Positions 42,704-52,426 of a stretch of 64,000 nt of DNA are shown in pieces. The translations under genes were made by a program, and so were the position numbers. The DNA lies in the NCBI GenBank assembly GCA_041640635.1, contig JBEPZX010000002.1:1-64000 (forward strand), read 5' to 3'. Below the pieces are notes generated by a model that saw only the letters and a program-made list of their open reading frames with translations, made no database searches and was not told the origin of the DNA. This DNA comes from Aquificaceae bacterium. Lineage in GTDB: Bacteria > Aquificota > Aquificia > Aquificales > Aquificaceae. Position 1 is the first letter of the stretch. Each line of letters opens with the position of its first letter.

Positions 42704-44086
42704 ATGGACTTTACTCTAATTTTGCCAGAAATAATTCTCTTCATAGGTATTTTACTAATTTTCTTTCTTGACCTCTTCTTGGAAGAAAAAAGCTTTAAGT
42801 TTAACGTGTTTATTGGTGGTTTAGTTCCAATTGCAGCCCTTATTTCTTTATTTTTTATCAGTTACCCTTCTACTACTTTGTACAATATGGTGTATGTAGA
42901 CGGACTAAACCTTTTAGGGAAAGGTGTAATCTATATAATTAGTTCCATAGTTATTTTTAGCCTATACGATTACTTTGAGAAAAAAAGGTCTGCTTTTGGT
43001 GAACTCCCTTATTTAGTATTGACTTCTACGCTTGGTCTTTCTTTGCTGTTGTCTTCCAACAATTTGGGTATGATTTTTATGTCTCTTGAACTTTCATCTA
43101 TCACCATCTACATATTGGTTGGTATGCTAAGAAGAGATTATTTGTCAAAAGAAGGTGCCTTTAAATACCTCATTATGGGATCTCTTGCTACAGCTACCTT
43201 TGTTTTAGGGACCGCTTTTTATTATGCTTCTACAGGCACAATGTTTATAAAGGAGTATTTGCAAGGAAACTCTCTTTTTATGCTAAGTATGTTTTTCTTA
43301 CTTTCAGCTCTAGCTTTGAAAATTTCAGCTGTTCCTTTTCATATGTGGACACCTGACGTTTATGAATCTGCTCCTACTCCAATTGTTTCTTATTTAGCTA
43401 CTGTTCCTAAAATAGTCCTTTATTTCCTTCTGGCAAAACTTGTTTTTATTTTCAGCTATACGAAAGCTTGGCTTGTATTAGTTTCCGTAATTGCCCTGGC
43501 TTCTATGTTCTATGCCAATTTTGCAGCTTATGCTCAAACTTCCTTTCAAAGAATATGGGGATACTCTTCCATAGCCCATGCAGGATACTTTTTACTAGCT
43601 CTAACTGTAGCAAAAAAGGACCTAATAAATGCCCTTCTGTTTTATGTAATTGTTTACAGCTTTGCAACCGTTGGGGTTTTTACCGTAATGGCAGCGCTTG
43701 AGAAAAGGGAAGGTTTTACTCACCATCTTTTAGATTACAGAGGTCTATACAAAGACAATCCTGGAATGGCAGTGCTTTTGGCACTGTTCTTATTTGCCTT
43801 TATTGGTATACCACCCATGGCACTCTTTGTAGGAAAACTTGGTATATTGATGGGATTGGTTCAATCTAATCTGATACCTCTAGCTATTGCTTTTGTGATT
43901 GCAAGCATTATATCCGCTGGCTACTATCTAAAAGTAATAGTTTATATGTTTCTTGAAGAGGGTGAAAGAAAGTTTACACCCGCTAAAGCTTCAGCAGGGG
44001 AGAGTATAGCTATTTTGGTAAGTGCATTGGCCGTAATTTTGCTAGGTATTTTCCCAAATATAGTGCTTAGCTTCCTCAAATGGTAA
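42704..44086 (+). CDS. nuoN: NADH-quinone oxidoreductase subunit N (copy 2)
   Basis: EGAFKY, KISAVPFHMWTPDVY, YSSIAHAG, GIPP. Confidence 0.95.
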   Translation: MDFTLILPEIILFIGILLIFFLDLFLEEKSFKFNVFIGGLVPIAALISLFFISYPSTTLYNMVYVDGLNLLGKGVIYIISSIVIFSLYDYFEKKRSAFGELPYLVLTSTLGLSLLLSSNNLGMIFMSLELSSITIYILVGMLRRDYLSKEGAFKYLIMGSLATATFVLGTAFYYASTGTMFIKEYLQGNSLFMLSMFFLLSALALKISAVPFHMWTPDVYESAPTPIVSYLATVPKIVLYFLLAKLVFIFSYTKAWLVLVSVIALASMFYANFAAYAQTSFQRIWGYSSIAHAGYFLLALTVAKKDLINALLFYVIVYSFATVGVFTVMAALEKREGFTHHLLDYRGLYKDNPGMAVLLALFLFAFIGIPPMALFVGKLGILMGLVQSNLIPLAIAFVIASIISAGYYLKVIVYMFLEEGERKFTPAKASAGESIAILVSALAVILLGIFPNIVLSFLKW

Positions 44087-44709
44087 AAGCATTTAGTGTA
44101 GGTCCACTTTCTGTAAATTGTAGTGTAGTAATGGATGAAAGCACGAAGAAAGCCTTTGTTATAGATCCAGGAGCGGATGTAGAGAAGATCCTAAAAGAGC
44201 TCCAAGGTTTTGAACTTATTGGTATACTGGCAACACACGGGCATATAGACCATATAGGAAGGGTAAAAACTCTAAAAGAGATGTTTAATGTCCCCTTTTA
44301 TATGCACAGAAGAGATGTAAATCTGATTAACGACCCCATATGGAGAGGATTTGACTCATACATAGGTGCTGACCTTCCATGTCCAGAGCCTGATGTGTAT
44401 ATAGAAGAAGGTGAACATATTCAAGTAGGTAGCATAATTTTAAGGGTTTTTCACACACCTGGACACACACCTGGTTTATGTTGTTTTTATGAAGAGAAAG
44501 AGAAAGTTATGATAGCTGGCGATTTACTATTTAGAGAAGGTGTAGGAAGGTGGGATCTGCCAGGTGGAAATTTAGAAGAGTTAAAAAACTCACTAAAACG
44601 CATATTTAGTGAGCTTGAGGATGATGTAAAGGTTATAACGGGACATTACAGCTTTACAACTATAGGTCATGAAAGAAGGTTTAATCCGTACGTAAGGGAG
44701 ATTTTATGA
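44080..44709 (+). CDS. Metallo-beta-lactamase fold hydrolase (glyoxalase II-like)
   Basis: IDPG, THGHIDH, HTPGHTPG, GDLLF, GH. Confidence 0.9.
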   Translation: MVKAFSVGPLSVNCSVVMDESTKKAFVIDPGADVEKILKELQGFELIGILATHGHIDHIGRVKTLKEMFNVPFYMHRRDVNLINDPIWRGFDSYIGADLPCPEPDVYIEEGEHIQVGSIILRVFHTPGHTPGLCCFYEEKEKVMIAGDLLFREGVGRWDLPGGNLEELKNSLKRIFSELEDDVKVITGHYSFTTIGHERRFNPYVREIL

Positions 44710-45623
44710 AGATAGCCACCATAGATATTGGTTCTTACTCTTGTAGATTAAGTGTAGCAAATATAGAGGATGGAAAAATTGACATCCTTTACGAAGAAGG
44801 GAAAATAACATCTCTTTCTTCCAATGTAAAGGAAACTGGTATTATCAGTACTGAAAGAATGCTCGAAACTTTAAAGGTTTTAGAAGGTTTTTATAAAAAG
44901 GCAAAAGATTTAGGAGCAAAAGAAATTGTAGCTGTTGGCACGGAAGTTTTAAGGAAAGCTAAGAATGCAAGAGACTTTATAGAAATGGTTAAAAGCAAAA
45001 TTGGGGTAGATGTAAGTATACTTTCACCTGAAGAAGAAGGTAGGCTTGCATACTTGTCTGTAGCTTATTCACTAAAGCCAGAGGGTAAAATCTTGGTCAT
45101 AGACCAAGGCGGAGGATCAACAGAGTTTGTCTTTGGAAAAGGTTTACAGATTCAAAAGGTTGTTTCATTCCCTTTTGGAATAGTGAACTTGACGGAAGAA
45201 TTTATAAAGCATGACCCACCTACCAATTATGAACTTGAGTCTTTAAAGAACTTTCTGGATGAGCAAATAAGTAGCATTTTGACAACAGTGGATGTTATTG
45301 TGGGACTAGGTGGGACTGTAACAACCCTTGCAGCCTTGCAATATGGAATATTTCCTTACGATGGTGACAAGGTTCACGGAACTAAACTTTCTATTCAGGA
45401 CATCATGCATTGGCTAGATACTCTAAGCCTTATGAAAGCAAAAGACAGAGTAAAAACCTTTCCCCACATAGAGGAAAAGAGAGCTACTGTGATTGTTCCT
45501 GGAATTCTCATCTTTTACAGAGCTATGCTTTTGTTTGGTAAAAGAGAGATCTTAGTTAGTGATTGGGGACTAAAAGAGGGTATAATAGTTAATCAAGTCT
45601 TGCAAAATTCACAAGACAAGTAG
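44706..45623 (+). CDS. ppx: Ppx/GppA family exopolyphosphatase
   Basis: IDIGSYSCRL, EEGRL, DQGGGSTE, GLKEG. Confidence 0.9.
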   Translation: MKIATIDIGSYSCRLSVANIEDGKIDILYEEGKITSLSSNVKETGIISTERMLETLKVLEGFYKKAKDLGAKEIVAVGTEVLRKAKNARDFIEMVKSKIGVDVSILSPEEEGRLAYLSVAYSLKPEGKILVIDQGGGSTEFVFGKGLQIQKVVSFPFGIVNLTEEFIKHDPPTNYELESLKNFLDEQISSILTTVDVIVGLGGTVTTLAALQYGIFPYDGDKVHGTKLSIQDIMHWLDTLSLMKAKDRVKTFPHIEEKRATVIVPGILIFYRAMLLFGKREILVSDWGLKEGIIVNQVLQNSQDK

Positions 45624-45659
45624 CAAGAATAAAAAATAAGCTGTCCTTAGAGATTTACC

Positions 45660-48455
45660 TTACCTTTTCCTTTTAGCTCTTAATCTTTCTCTTAAGGTTT
45701 TTCTTTGTGGACCTTTAGAGTCAGACTTTCCTTCTACACCACTGTATATAGCGCTCTGAAGCAATTTATCCCTTTCTTCCTTTTCTCTTTCTTCCTCTTG
45801 CAAAATCTCCTCTTGAGATTGAATTTGCACTTTTAGTATGTCGTTTATACTTTTTTCCTTAAATTCTAGCATCATACTTTCAAACAATGTAAAAGCTTCT
45901 TTCTTGTATTCTATAAGTGGATCTCTAGATGCATAACCCCTTAGGTATATTCCTTCTCTGAGTCTATCCAATACATGGAGGTGCTCTCTCCACAAGGTGT
46001 CCAATGTGTTCAACATTATAATTTTTGAGATTTCAACAAATACAATTTCTCCGTACTCCCTCTCCTTTTCGTACAGTATATCCAAAATCTTTTGAGTAGT
46101 TATATTTATTAATTCTTCTTTATCTCTTACGGATGGAAACTGTATTTCTCTTGAGGATATCTCTTTAAGGTAATTGATAAAAGGTTCCATATTCCAAAGT
46201 TCTGGATCCTCTTCGGGCAATAAAAGGTTCACCCTGTGCTCTATGACATCTCTTACAAACTCCTTTATGTAGTCCTTTATACCTTGAGACTTTAGAAGGT
46301 CCATTCTTATACTGTATACCGTCTGACGTTGTAGGTTCATAACGTTGTCATATTCTAGAAGTCTCTTCCTTATTTGGAAGTTTTGAGCTTCTACCCTTTT
46401 TTGAGCATTCTGTATAGATTTGGTAACTATAGAGCTTTCTATTGGTTCATATTCTGGAATTTTCAATATTTCCATTAATTTTTTGACTTTGTCTCCTCCA
46501 AATATGCGCATTAGATCGTCTTCTAGAGAGAGAACAAACCTAGACTCTCCTGGATCTCCTTGTCTTCCTGCTCTACCTCTTAGCTGGTTATCTATTCGTC
46601 TAGATTCGTGTCGTTCTGTACCAATTACTAACAAGCCGCCCAATTCTATCACTTTCTTTTTTTCTTCTTCAGTTACTTTATAAGCCTTTTCAAAAGCCTC
46701 TTTCCATTCCTCCTGCGTAGCTTTTTCTGGATCTATACCTTTGTTTTTTAAAATCTCCTTTGCTAAGTACTCAGGATTACCACCAAGGAGGATATCTGTT
46801 CCACGCCCTGCCATGTTGGTAGATATAGTTACCGCTCCAATTCTCCCAGCTTGAGCTATAATTTCGGCTTCCCTTTCGTGGTGTTTCGCATTTAGGACGT
46901 TACACTTTATACCTTTCTTCCTTAGGAGCTCAGCTAAGTGTTCAGAATCCTCAACGGATACTGTACCTACAAGTATAGGTCTGCCTTTTGCATGTTCTTG
47001 CTGTATAATCTCGATAACCTTGTTCCACTTACCTTTTTTGGTTTTAAAGACGATATCAGGAAGGTCCTTTCTTCTTACAGGCTTGTGAGTAGGTATGACT
47101 ACAACCTCTAAACCGTATATCTCCTTAAACTCTAAGGCTTCGGTTTCTGCTGTTCCCGTCATACCCGCAAGTTTGTTGTAAAGTCTGAAGTAATTCTGAA
47201 AGGTTATGCTTGCTAGCGTTTGGGTTTCTTGCTGAGGAGTAACTCCTTCTTTTACTTCTATGGCTTGATGTAAGCCATCACTCCATCTCCTACCAGGAAG
47301 AATCCTTCCAGTAAACTCATCAACTATTAAAACTTCATTGTCTCTGACTATGTAGTGAACATCCTTTTTAAACAAATGATGAGCTTTTAGAGCCTGCGTA
47401 ACAGCGTGCAAAAGTTCTATGTTTCTTATGTCGTATAGGTTTTCCACTTTAGCGAGGGTTTCCACCTTCTTTATACCCTGCTCTGTTAGTGTAACTGTTC
47501 TATTTTTTTCATCCAAATTGAAATCATCATCGATTTTTAGTTTTCTCACAATATCATCTGCTAAGTAGTAAACGGAAATGTCCATTTGGGAAGGACCTGA
47601 GATAATTAGGGGAGTGCGGGCTTCGTCTATAAGTATAGAATCTACTTCGTCTACAATTGCGTAATTGTGCCCTTTTACCTGAGAAACTTCATCTAAGGAA
47701 AAAACCATATTGTCTCTTAGATAATCAAAGCCAAACTCGTTGTTGGTTCCATACGTGATGTGACATGAGTAAGCTTCCTTTCTGGTGCAAGGTACCAATT
47801 TGGTAAAGTAAGCTTTTTTTGCTTGTATGTTAACAAGGTTAGAAGGCAAGACTTCGTCTGTATGTCCTTTTGGCCAGACTCTCCAGTCTTCTTCTATTGC
47901 TATATTGAAAAGGTCTTGGTCTAGCCACTCGACTTTGTATGAAGAGTAATCGGAGTTTATCACACCCACATCCAGTCCTAGAAACTTGTATATAGGTCCC
48001 ATCCATTGAGCATCTCTTCTAGCAAGATAATCATTTACTGTTACCAAGTGAGCTCCTTCATCTGTTAAGGCGTTAACATACAGAGCAGACGATGCTACTA
48101 AAGTTTTACCTTCTCCCGTCTTCATCTCTGCGATTTTGCCTTGATGAAGAACCAAACCACCTATGAGCTGAACATCAAAATGTCTTAAACCTAATGTTCT
48201 TTTAGCTGTCTCTCTTACCAGAGCAAAAGCTAAAACAACTTCATCGTTTACTTCACCTTTTATTATGGCTTTTTTCAAATCATCATCTTCTAGCACCTTG
48301 TTTTTCAAATTCAATGAAAGTTCTATCAATTCTTTATTCGAAAGAAGGTCGAGGTCTTTTTCTTTTTGGTTTATTTGATTTACTAGCTTTTTAAGCTTTT
48401 TAACTTCTCTTTCATTTTTAGTACCTATAAGTTTTTTAAAAAGCCAACCTAGCAT
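45660..48455 (-). CDS. secA: Preprotein translocase subunit SecA
   Basis: MKTGEGKT, VTVNDYLARRD, DEVDSILIDEARTPLIISG, TNMAGRGTDI, RRIDNQLRGRAGRQGD. Confidence 0.98.
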   Translation of the reverse strand: MLGWLFKKLIGTKNEREVKKLKKLVNQINQKEKDLDLLSNKELIELSLNLKNKVLEDDDLKKAIIKGEVNDEVVLAFALVRETAKRTLGLRHFDVQLIGGLVLHQGKIAEMKTGEGKTLVASSALYVNALTDEGAHLVTVNDYLARRDAQWMGPIYKFLGLDVGVINSDYSSYKVEWLDQDLFNIAIEEDWRVWPKGHTDEVLPSNLVNIQAKKAYFTKLVPCTRKEAYSCHITYGTNNEFGFDYLRDNMVFSLDEVSQVKGHNYAIVDEVDSILIDEARTPLIISGPSQMDISVYYLADDIVRKLKIDDDFNLDEKNRTVTLTEQGIKKVETLAKVENLYDIRNIELLHAVTQALKAHHLFKKDVHYIVRDNEVLIVDEFTGRILPGRRWSDGLHQAIEVKEGVTPQQETQTLASITFQNYFRLYNKLAGMTGTAETEALEFKEIYGLEVVVIPTHKPVRRKDLPDIVFKTKKGKWNKVIEIIQQEHAKGRPILVGTVSVEDSEHLAELLRKKGIKCNVLNAKHHEREAEIIAQAGRIGAVTISTNMAGRGTDILLGGNPEYLAKEILKNKGIDPEKATQEEWKEAFEKAYKVTEEEKKKVIELGGLLVIGTERHESRRIDNQLRGRAGRQGDPGESRFVLSLEDDLMRIFGGDKVKKLMEILKIPEYEPIESSIVTKSIQNAQKRVEAQNFQIRKRLLEYDNVMNLQRQTVYSIRMDLLKSQGIKDYIKEFVRDVIEHRVNLLLPEEDPELWNMEPFINYLKEISSREIQFPSVRDKEELINITTQKILDILYEKEREYGEIVFVEISKIIMLNTLDTLWREHLHVLDRLREGIYLRGYASRDPLIEYKKEAFTLFESMMLEFKEKSINDILKVQIQSQEEILQEEEREKEERDKLLQSAIYSGVEGKSDSKGPQRKTLRERLRAKRKR

Positions 48456-48506
48456 AACTGAAAAATTTTAATCTATTTTCAGGTTGAAAAGTTTAAAATT
48501 TAATTT

Positions 48507-48779
48507 ATGATAGCTGTTAAAATATACATAAGTGGGAAAGTTCAAGGGGTAGGATTTAGGTCTTATACAAAAAAGATAGCTGAAGGTTACGGATTGGTAG
48601 GATATGTAAAAAATTTGCCAGATGGAAGGGTAGAGGTTTTTACACAAGGTAACGAAGACATAGTTTGGAGTTTTATAAAGGATGTTTGGAAAGGTCCTAG
48701 GCTTTCACAGGTAGGATCTATAAGTATTGTTAAGGAGGTACCTGATGACAAAATTTATGATTTTAGGATTGATTACTAG
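48507..48779 (+). CDS. acyP: Acylphosphatase
   Basis: GKVQGVGFR, GYVKNLPDGRVE, GP. Confidence 0.93.
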   Translation: MIAVKIYISGKVQGVGFRSYTKKIAEGYGLVGYVKNLPDGRVEVFTQGNEDIVWSFIKDVWKGPRLSQVGSISIVKEVPDDKIYDFRIDY

Positions 48780-50184
48780 TGCATTATTTACCATCTCTTA
48801 CGCAAGTGAATGTGCATACTATACTGTAAAACAGGGTGATTCTTATGAAAGAATATCCAAGAAGTTTGGAGTTAGCGTAAAAGATTTAATGGAGGCTAAC
48901 AAAGGAAAAAAAGTTCTAAAGGTTGGTGAGCAGATCTGTATTCCTGCTGGTGCAAATGTATCAGGCTCAAAACAAATAGCTAAGGCGGACACAAAGGACT
49001 ATGAGATTTACGTAGTTCAGAAAAGTGGATCTCGTCTAGAACATGTAGCTAAAAGGTTAGGTATTGATGTAAAGACCTTAGAGAACATCAATCCTGAACT
49101 CAAAGGCAAAACGCTAAGTAAGGGTACAAAGGTCAAGTATCCAAAAACAGAGACAGCTGTCCAAGAAAAACCAAGGGAAGAAGTAAAGTATATAACTCAC
49201 AAAGTCAAACGTGGAGAAACATTAGACTCTATAGCTAAAAAGTACGGAGTTAGTGTAGAAGAGATTAAAAAAGCAAACAATATGAAAAATAGCAGAATCG
49301 CAACCGGGAAAACCTTAAAAATACCAGTGCAAATTACAGGTGGAAAGGAAACGGATAGAAAGCAAATAGCTAAGGCGGATACAAAGGACTATGAGGTTTA
49401 CGTAGTTCAGAAAAGTGGATCTCGTCTAGAACATGTAGCTAAAAGGTTAGGTATTGATGTAAAGACCTTAGAGAACATCAATCCTGAACTCAAAGGCAAA
49501 ACGCTAAGTAAGGGTACAAAGGTCAAGTATCCAAAAACAGAGACAGCTGTGCGAGAAAAACCAAGGGAAGAAGTAAAGTATATAACTCACAAAGTCAAAC
49601 GTGGAGAAACATTAGACTCTATAGCTAAAAAGTATGGAGTTAGTGTAGAAGAGATTAAAAAAGCAAACAATATGAAAAATAGCAGAATCGCGACCGGGAA
49701 AACCTTAAAAATACCAACAAAAGAGGTAGTCGTAACCAAGGTGGAAGAGCAAGATACGCCTTCTAAAAGAAGAGAGGAAATAGCCTCACTACCTGTAGAA
49801 AACAACAGGAATACCTCTTTCAGATTGGAGAGAAACAGCTTGTCTATGCCTGTAGAAGGTAAGATTGTTCAATCTCCGAGAGGTGTAGACATAATTACAG
49901 ATTGTGGAAAAGATATAAGAAGCGTGGAAGATGGTAGAGTTATATATAGCGGTAATGATTTAAGCGCTTACGGTAATATGATCATTGTAGAGCACAGCAA
50001 CTTTATATCTCTGTACGCATTTAACTCTGAAAACCTTGTTAAAAGGGGTGACAGAGTAACTAAAGGGCAGGTAATAGCAAAAGTAGGAGGAAAAGTTCCC
50101 CAAGAGCAGTGTATGTTAAGGTTTGAGCTCAGATCGAACGATGGTACACCCCTTGATCCTACTGAATTTTTAGCTACTAAATAG
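48745..50184 (+). CDS. Multi-LysM protein with degenerate M23/LytM domain (NlpD-like)
   Basis: SD AAGGAGG before ATG 48745; signal peptide; five LysM-like modules; C-terminal GVDI...YGNMIIVEH...VKRGD.V.KGQ. Confidence 0.88.
   Translation: MTKFMILGLITSALFTISYASECAYYTVKQGDSYERISKKFGVSVKDLMEANKGKKVLKVGEQICIPAGANVSGSKQIAKADTKDYEIYVVQKSGSRLEHVAKRLGIDVKTLENINPELKGKTLSKGTKVKYPKTETAVQEKPREEVKYITHKVKRGETLDSIAKKYGVSVEEIKKANNMKNSRIATGKTLKIPVQITGGKETDRKQIAKADTKDYEVYVVQKSGSRLEHVAKRLGIDVKTLENINPELKGKTLSKGTKVKYPKTETAVREKPREEVKYITHKVKRGETLDSIAKKYGVSVEEIKKANNMKNSRIATGKTLKIPTKEVVVTKVEEQDTPSKRREEIASLPVENNRNTSFRLERNSLSMPVEGKIVQSPRGVDIITDCGKDIRSVEDGRVIYSGNDLSAYGNMIIVEHSNFISLYAFNSENLVKRGDRVTKGQVIAKVGGKVPQEQCMLRFELRSNDGTPLDPTEFLATK
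48973..49716 (+). repeat. Intragenic repeat: two 354-bp copies at 390-bp period
   Basis: 48973-49326 vs 49363-49716; 6 mismatches counted. Confidence 0.95.
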
Positions 50185-50781
50185 CCTGTCTCCTATGTCT
50201 CCTACACCTGGAACTATGTATCCTTTTTGGTTTAGAGCTTTGTCTACACATATTACACTGACGGTGACGTAAGAATTTTCCCACTTTTTAATACCTTCTG
50301 GAGAAGCTACAATATGCAAGGAATATATTTTTCTTGGTTTTCCCTTTTCTATTTCTCGTACAGCCAAATCAAGCGTTCCGCCTGTAGCTAGCATAGGATC
50401 AAGAATAATAACATCCTTGTTTTCTAGATTTGGGATACGTGAATAGTACATCTTTGACTCGAGCGTAGATTCATTCCTTTTTATTGCTACAAAACCTACA
50501 TTTGCGTTTGGAAATACCCTAAGTGCACCATTTAGCATAGGCAAACCAGCTCTGAGTATGGGAACTAAAATAAACTCTTTTTCATCTACAAACTCAAAAG
50601 TATCCAAGCTTACAGGTGTTTCTATTTGCCTTTTGTACAAAGGAATACTATCAATGAGAAGAGGAATAGATAAACATGTTAATTCCTCTAAAATTTGTCT
50701 CAACATATAGGAGGGTGTAGATTTATCCCTCAAAAGGTTTACCTTACCCCTAAGAATAGGATTATCAAGAATCTTTATCAT
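50170..50781 (-). CDS. upp: Uracil phosphoribosyltransferase
   Basis: PILRAGL, DPMLATGGT, GYIVPGVGDIGDR. Confidence 0.96.
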   Translation of the reverse strand: MIKILDNPILRGKVNLLRDKSTPSYMLRQILEELTCLSIPLLIDSIPLYKRQIETPVSLDTFEFVDEKEFILVPILRAGLPMLNGALRVFPNANVGFVAIKRNESTLESKMYYSRIPNLENKDVIILDPMLATGGTLDLAVREIEKGKPRKIYSLHIVASPEGIKKWENSYVTVSVICVDKALNQKGYIVPGVGDIGDRLFSS

Positions 50782-51136
50782 CCTGAATCTCCATTACTCT
50801 GATTATAGTTTCCTGGTGATTTTTCTTTATTATCTTTAAGGTCCTAACTTCGTAAATTTGATTGTCATTTTCAAATATTCCTCCTTTTTCTAACACATCC
50901 CAAAGACTTTTTAGCATATTATCTATATCTCTTTTCCTGTGATTAGGAAGAATCAATATCACTTCCATTGAGATTTTCCCTGATAATGGTTTCCCCTGGT
51001 ACTGCTCTTTTATTTCCCAAAGGGCTCTAGCTTCCCAATTTTTTACACGCGGAGGCTTAAAAACCTTTCCTCCTTTCCTTCTTATATACCTATTACTTTT
51101 TGGAACAGGAAGCTGAGAGAGTCTTAACTCTATCAT
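50765..51136 (-). CDS. rusA: RusA family Holliday junction resolvase
   Basis: P.SN, RDIDNMLKSLWDVL...FEND.QI; start taken at ATG 51136. Confidence 0.85.
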   Translation of the reverse strand: MIELRLSQLPVPKSNRYIRRKGGKVFKPPRVKNWEARALWEIKEQYQGKPLSGKISMEVILILPNHRKRDIDNMLKSLWDVLEKGGIFENDNQIYEVRTLKIIKKNHQETIIRVMEIQDDKDS

Positions 51137-51531
51137 TCTTTTTTTATCAGAAGATAACACAGAATTAAGATTAAAAGTAAGTGTAAAAGGTTAAGAGCCA
51201 TAGACAGTCCATGAATTTTGAGAAAAAGAGAGTAGTTTGTGCCTTTTAAGCTATGAGCGTATGGGTTTAGGAAAAATAATTGCATGCCAACTATTAACGC
51301 TGCAATTATGGCTAACATAAAGTATGCTTTGCTTACTTTTGTCCCAACTACAGCTGAAATGATAGATACTACAAAACCAATAGCAAAGTAAACAGGAAAT
51401 ATCCTTTCCACCACTTTACCTGCTTGGACAGTTTCCAAAACCTTAAAAAGTGTAGGAGCTACAAAAAAGCTAAAGAAAGACCCTAGCCCTAAGTAAAAAG
51501 CATCTAGAAAAAGCAGAACTTTTATCATCAT
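51133..51531 (-). CDS. Small membrane protein, DUF4149/TMEM205-like
   Basis: FFVAPTLF...AG....IFP.YF, F.KIHGLS..LN; four TM segments. Confidence 0.75.
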   Translation of the reverse strand: MMIKVLLFLDAFYLGLGSFFSFFVAPTLFKVLETVQAGKVVERIFPVYFAIGFVVSIISAVVGTKVSKAYFMLAIIAALIVGMQLFFLNPYAHSLKGTNYSLFLKIHGLSMALNLLHLLLILILCYLLIKKE

Positions 51532-52412
51532 ACCACTACAGGTAAATTATACTTCTTTAGTATTTGAAGTAATTTGCTCTCATTTTCGGGTTTCATCTCA
51601 CAAAGTGGCAATCTAAATTCCTTTTCACACATACCAAGCATCCAACATGCGGTTTTTACCGGTATAGGATTTGTCTCTATAAACAAAACCTTAAACAAAT
51701 CCAAAAGATAATAATGCATCTGCCTTGCTTTTTCAAAGTCTCCATGTAAAGCGTAGTCTACAAGACTTTTTACTTCCCTTGGAAGGACGTTATTTGCTAC
51801 GGATATTACACCTTTTGCACCTAATGCCATCATGGGAAGCGTTAAGGAATCATCTCCAGAAAGAATAACAAAGTTATCACCTAAGGTTTTATGAAGTTCC
51901 GATATTCTATCCATGTTTGGAGTGGATTCCTTGGACCCAATTGTATTTGGGCAATCCTTTACCAAGCGGTATATAGTTTCCACAGATATTTCCACACCTG
52001 TTCTAGAAGGAATATTGTAAAGGATTATTGGTATATCCACTTCATCGGCTATTGTTTTAAAGTGTCTGTATATTCCTTCTTGGGTAGGTTTGTTATAGTA
52101 GGGTGCTACCAAAAGACATCCATCTGCTCCTACCTTTTTGGCATGGTATGTAAGCTCTATGGCTTCGTGTGTAGCGTTTGCTCCTGTCCCTGCTATTATT
52201 TTTATCCTGCCTTTTGCATACTTTACCGCATGTTCTATTACCTTTTCATGCTCCTCAAAGGTGAGCGTAGGTGATTCACCAGTTGTACCACAAACAAGAA
52301 TGGCATCTGTAGAGTTGTTTATGTGAAAGTCTATGAGTTTTTCTAAAGCTTGAAAGTCCACTTCTCCATCTTTAAAAGGCGTTATTAGTGCTACTATTGA
52401 ACCTTGAAACAT
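51528..52412 (-). CDS. dapA: 4-hydroxy-tetrahydrodipicolinate synthase
   Basis: ALITPF, GTTGES, PYYNKP, YNIPSRTG, SGDD, ETNPIPVK. Confidence 0.97.
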   Translation of the reverse strand: MFQGSIVALITPFKDGEVDFQALEKLIDFHINNSTDAILVCGTTGESPTLTFEEHEKVIEHAVKYAKGRIKIIAGTGANATHEAIELTYHAKKVGADGCLLVAPYYNKPTQEGIYRHFKTIADEVDIPIILYNIPSRTGVEISVETIYRLVKDCPNTIGSKESTPNMDRISELHKTLGDNFVILSGDDSLTLPMMALGAKGVISVANNVLPREVKSLVDYALHGDFEKARQMHYYLLDLFKVLFIETNPIPVKTACWMLGMCEKEFRLPLCEMKPENESKLLQILKKYNLPVVV

Positions 52413-52426
52413 ACTATAATTTTAGC
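52413..52426. promoter_or_regulatory. Putative bidirectional leaderless promoter
   Basis: 14-bp gap ACTATAATTTTAGC: TATAAT 6 nt before ATG 52427; minus-strand TAAAAT 6 nt before dapA ATG. Confidence 0.65.
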
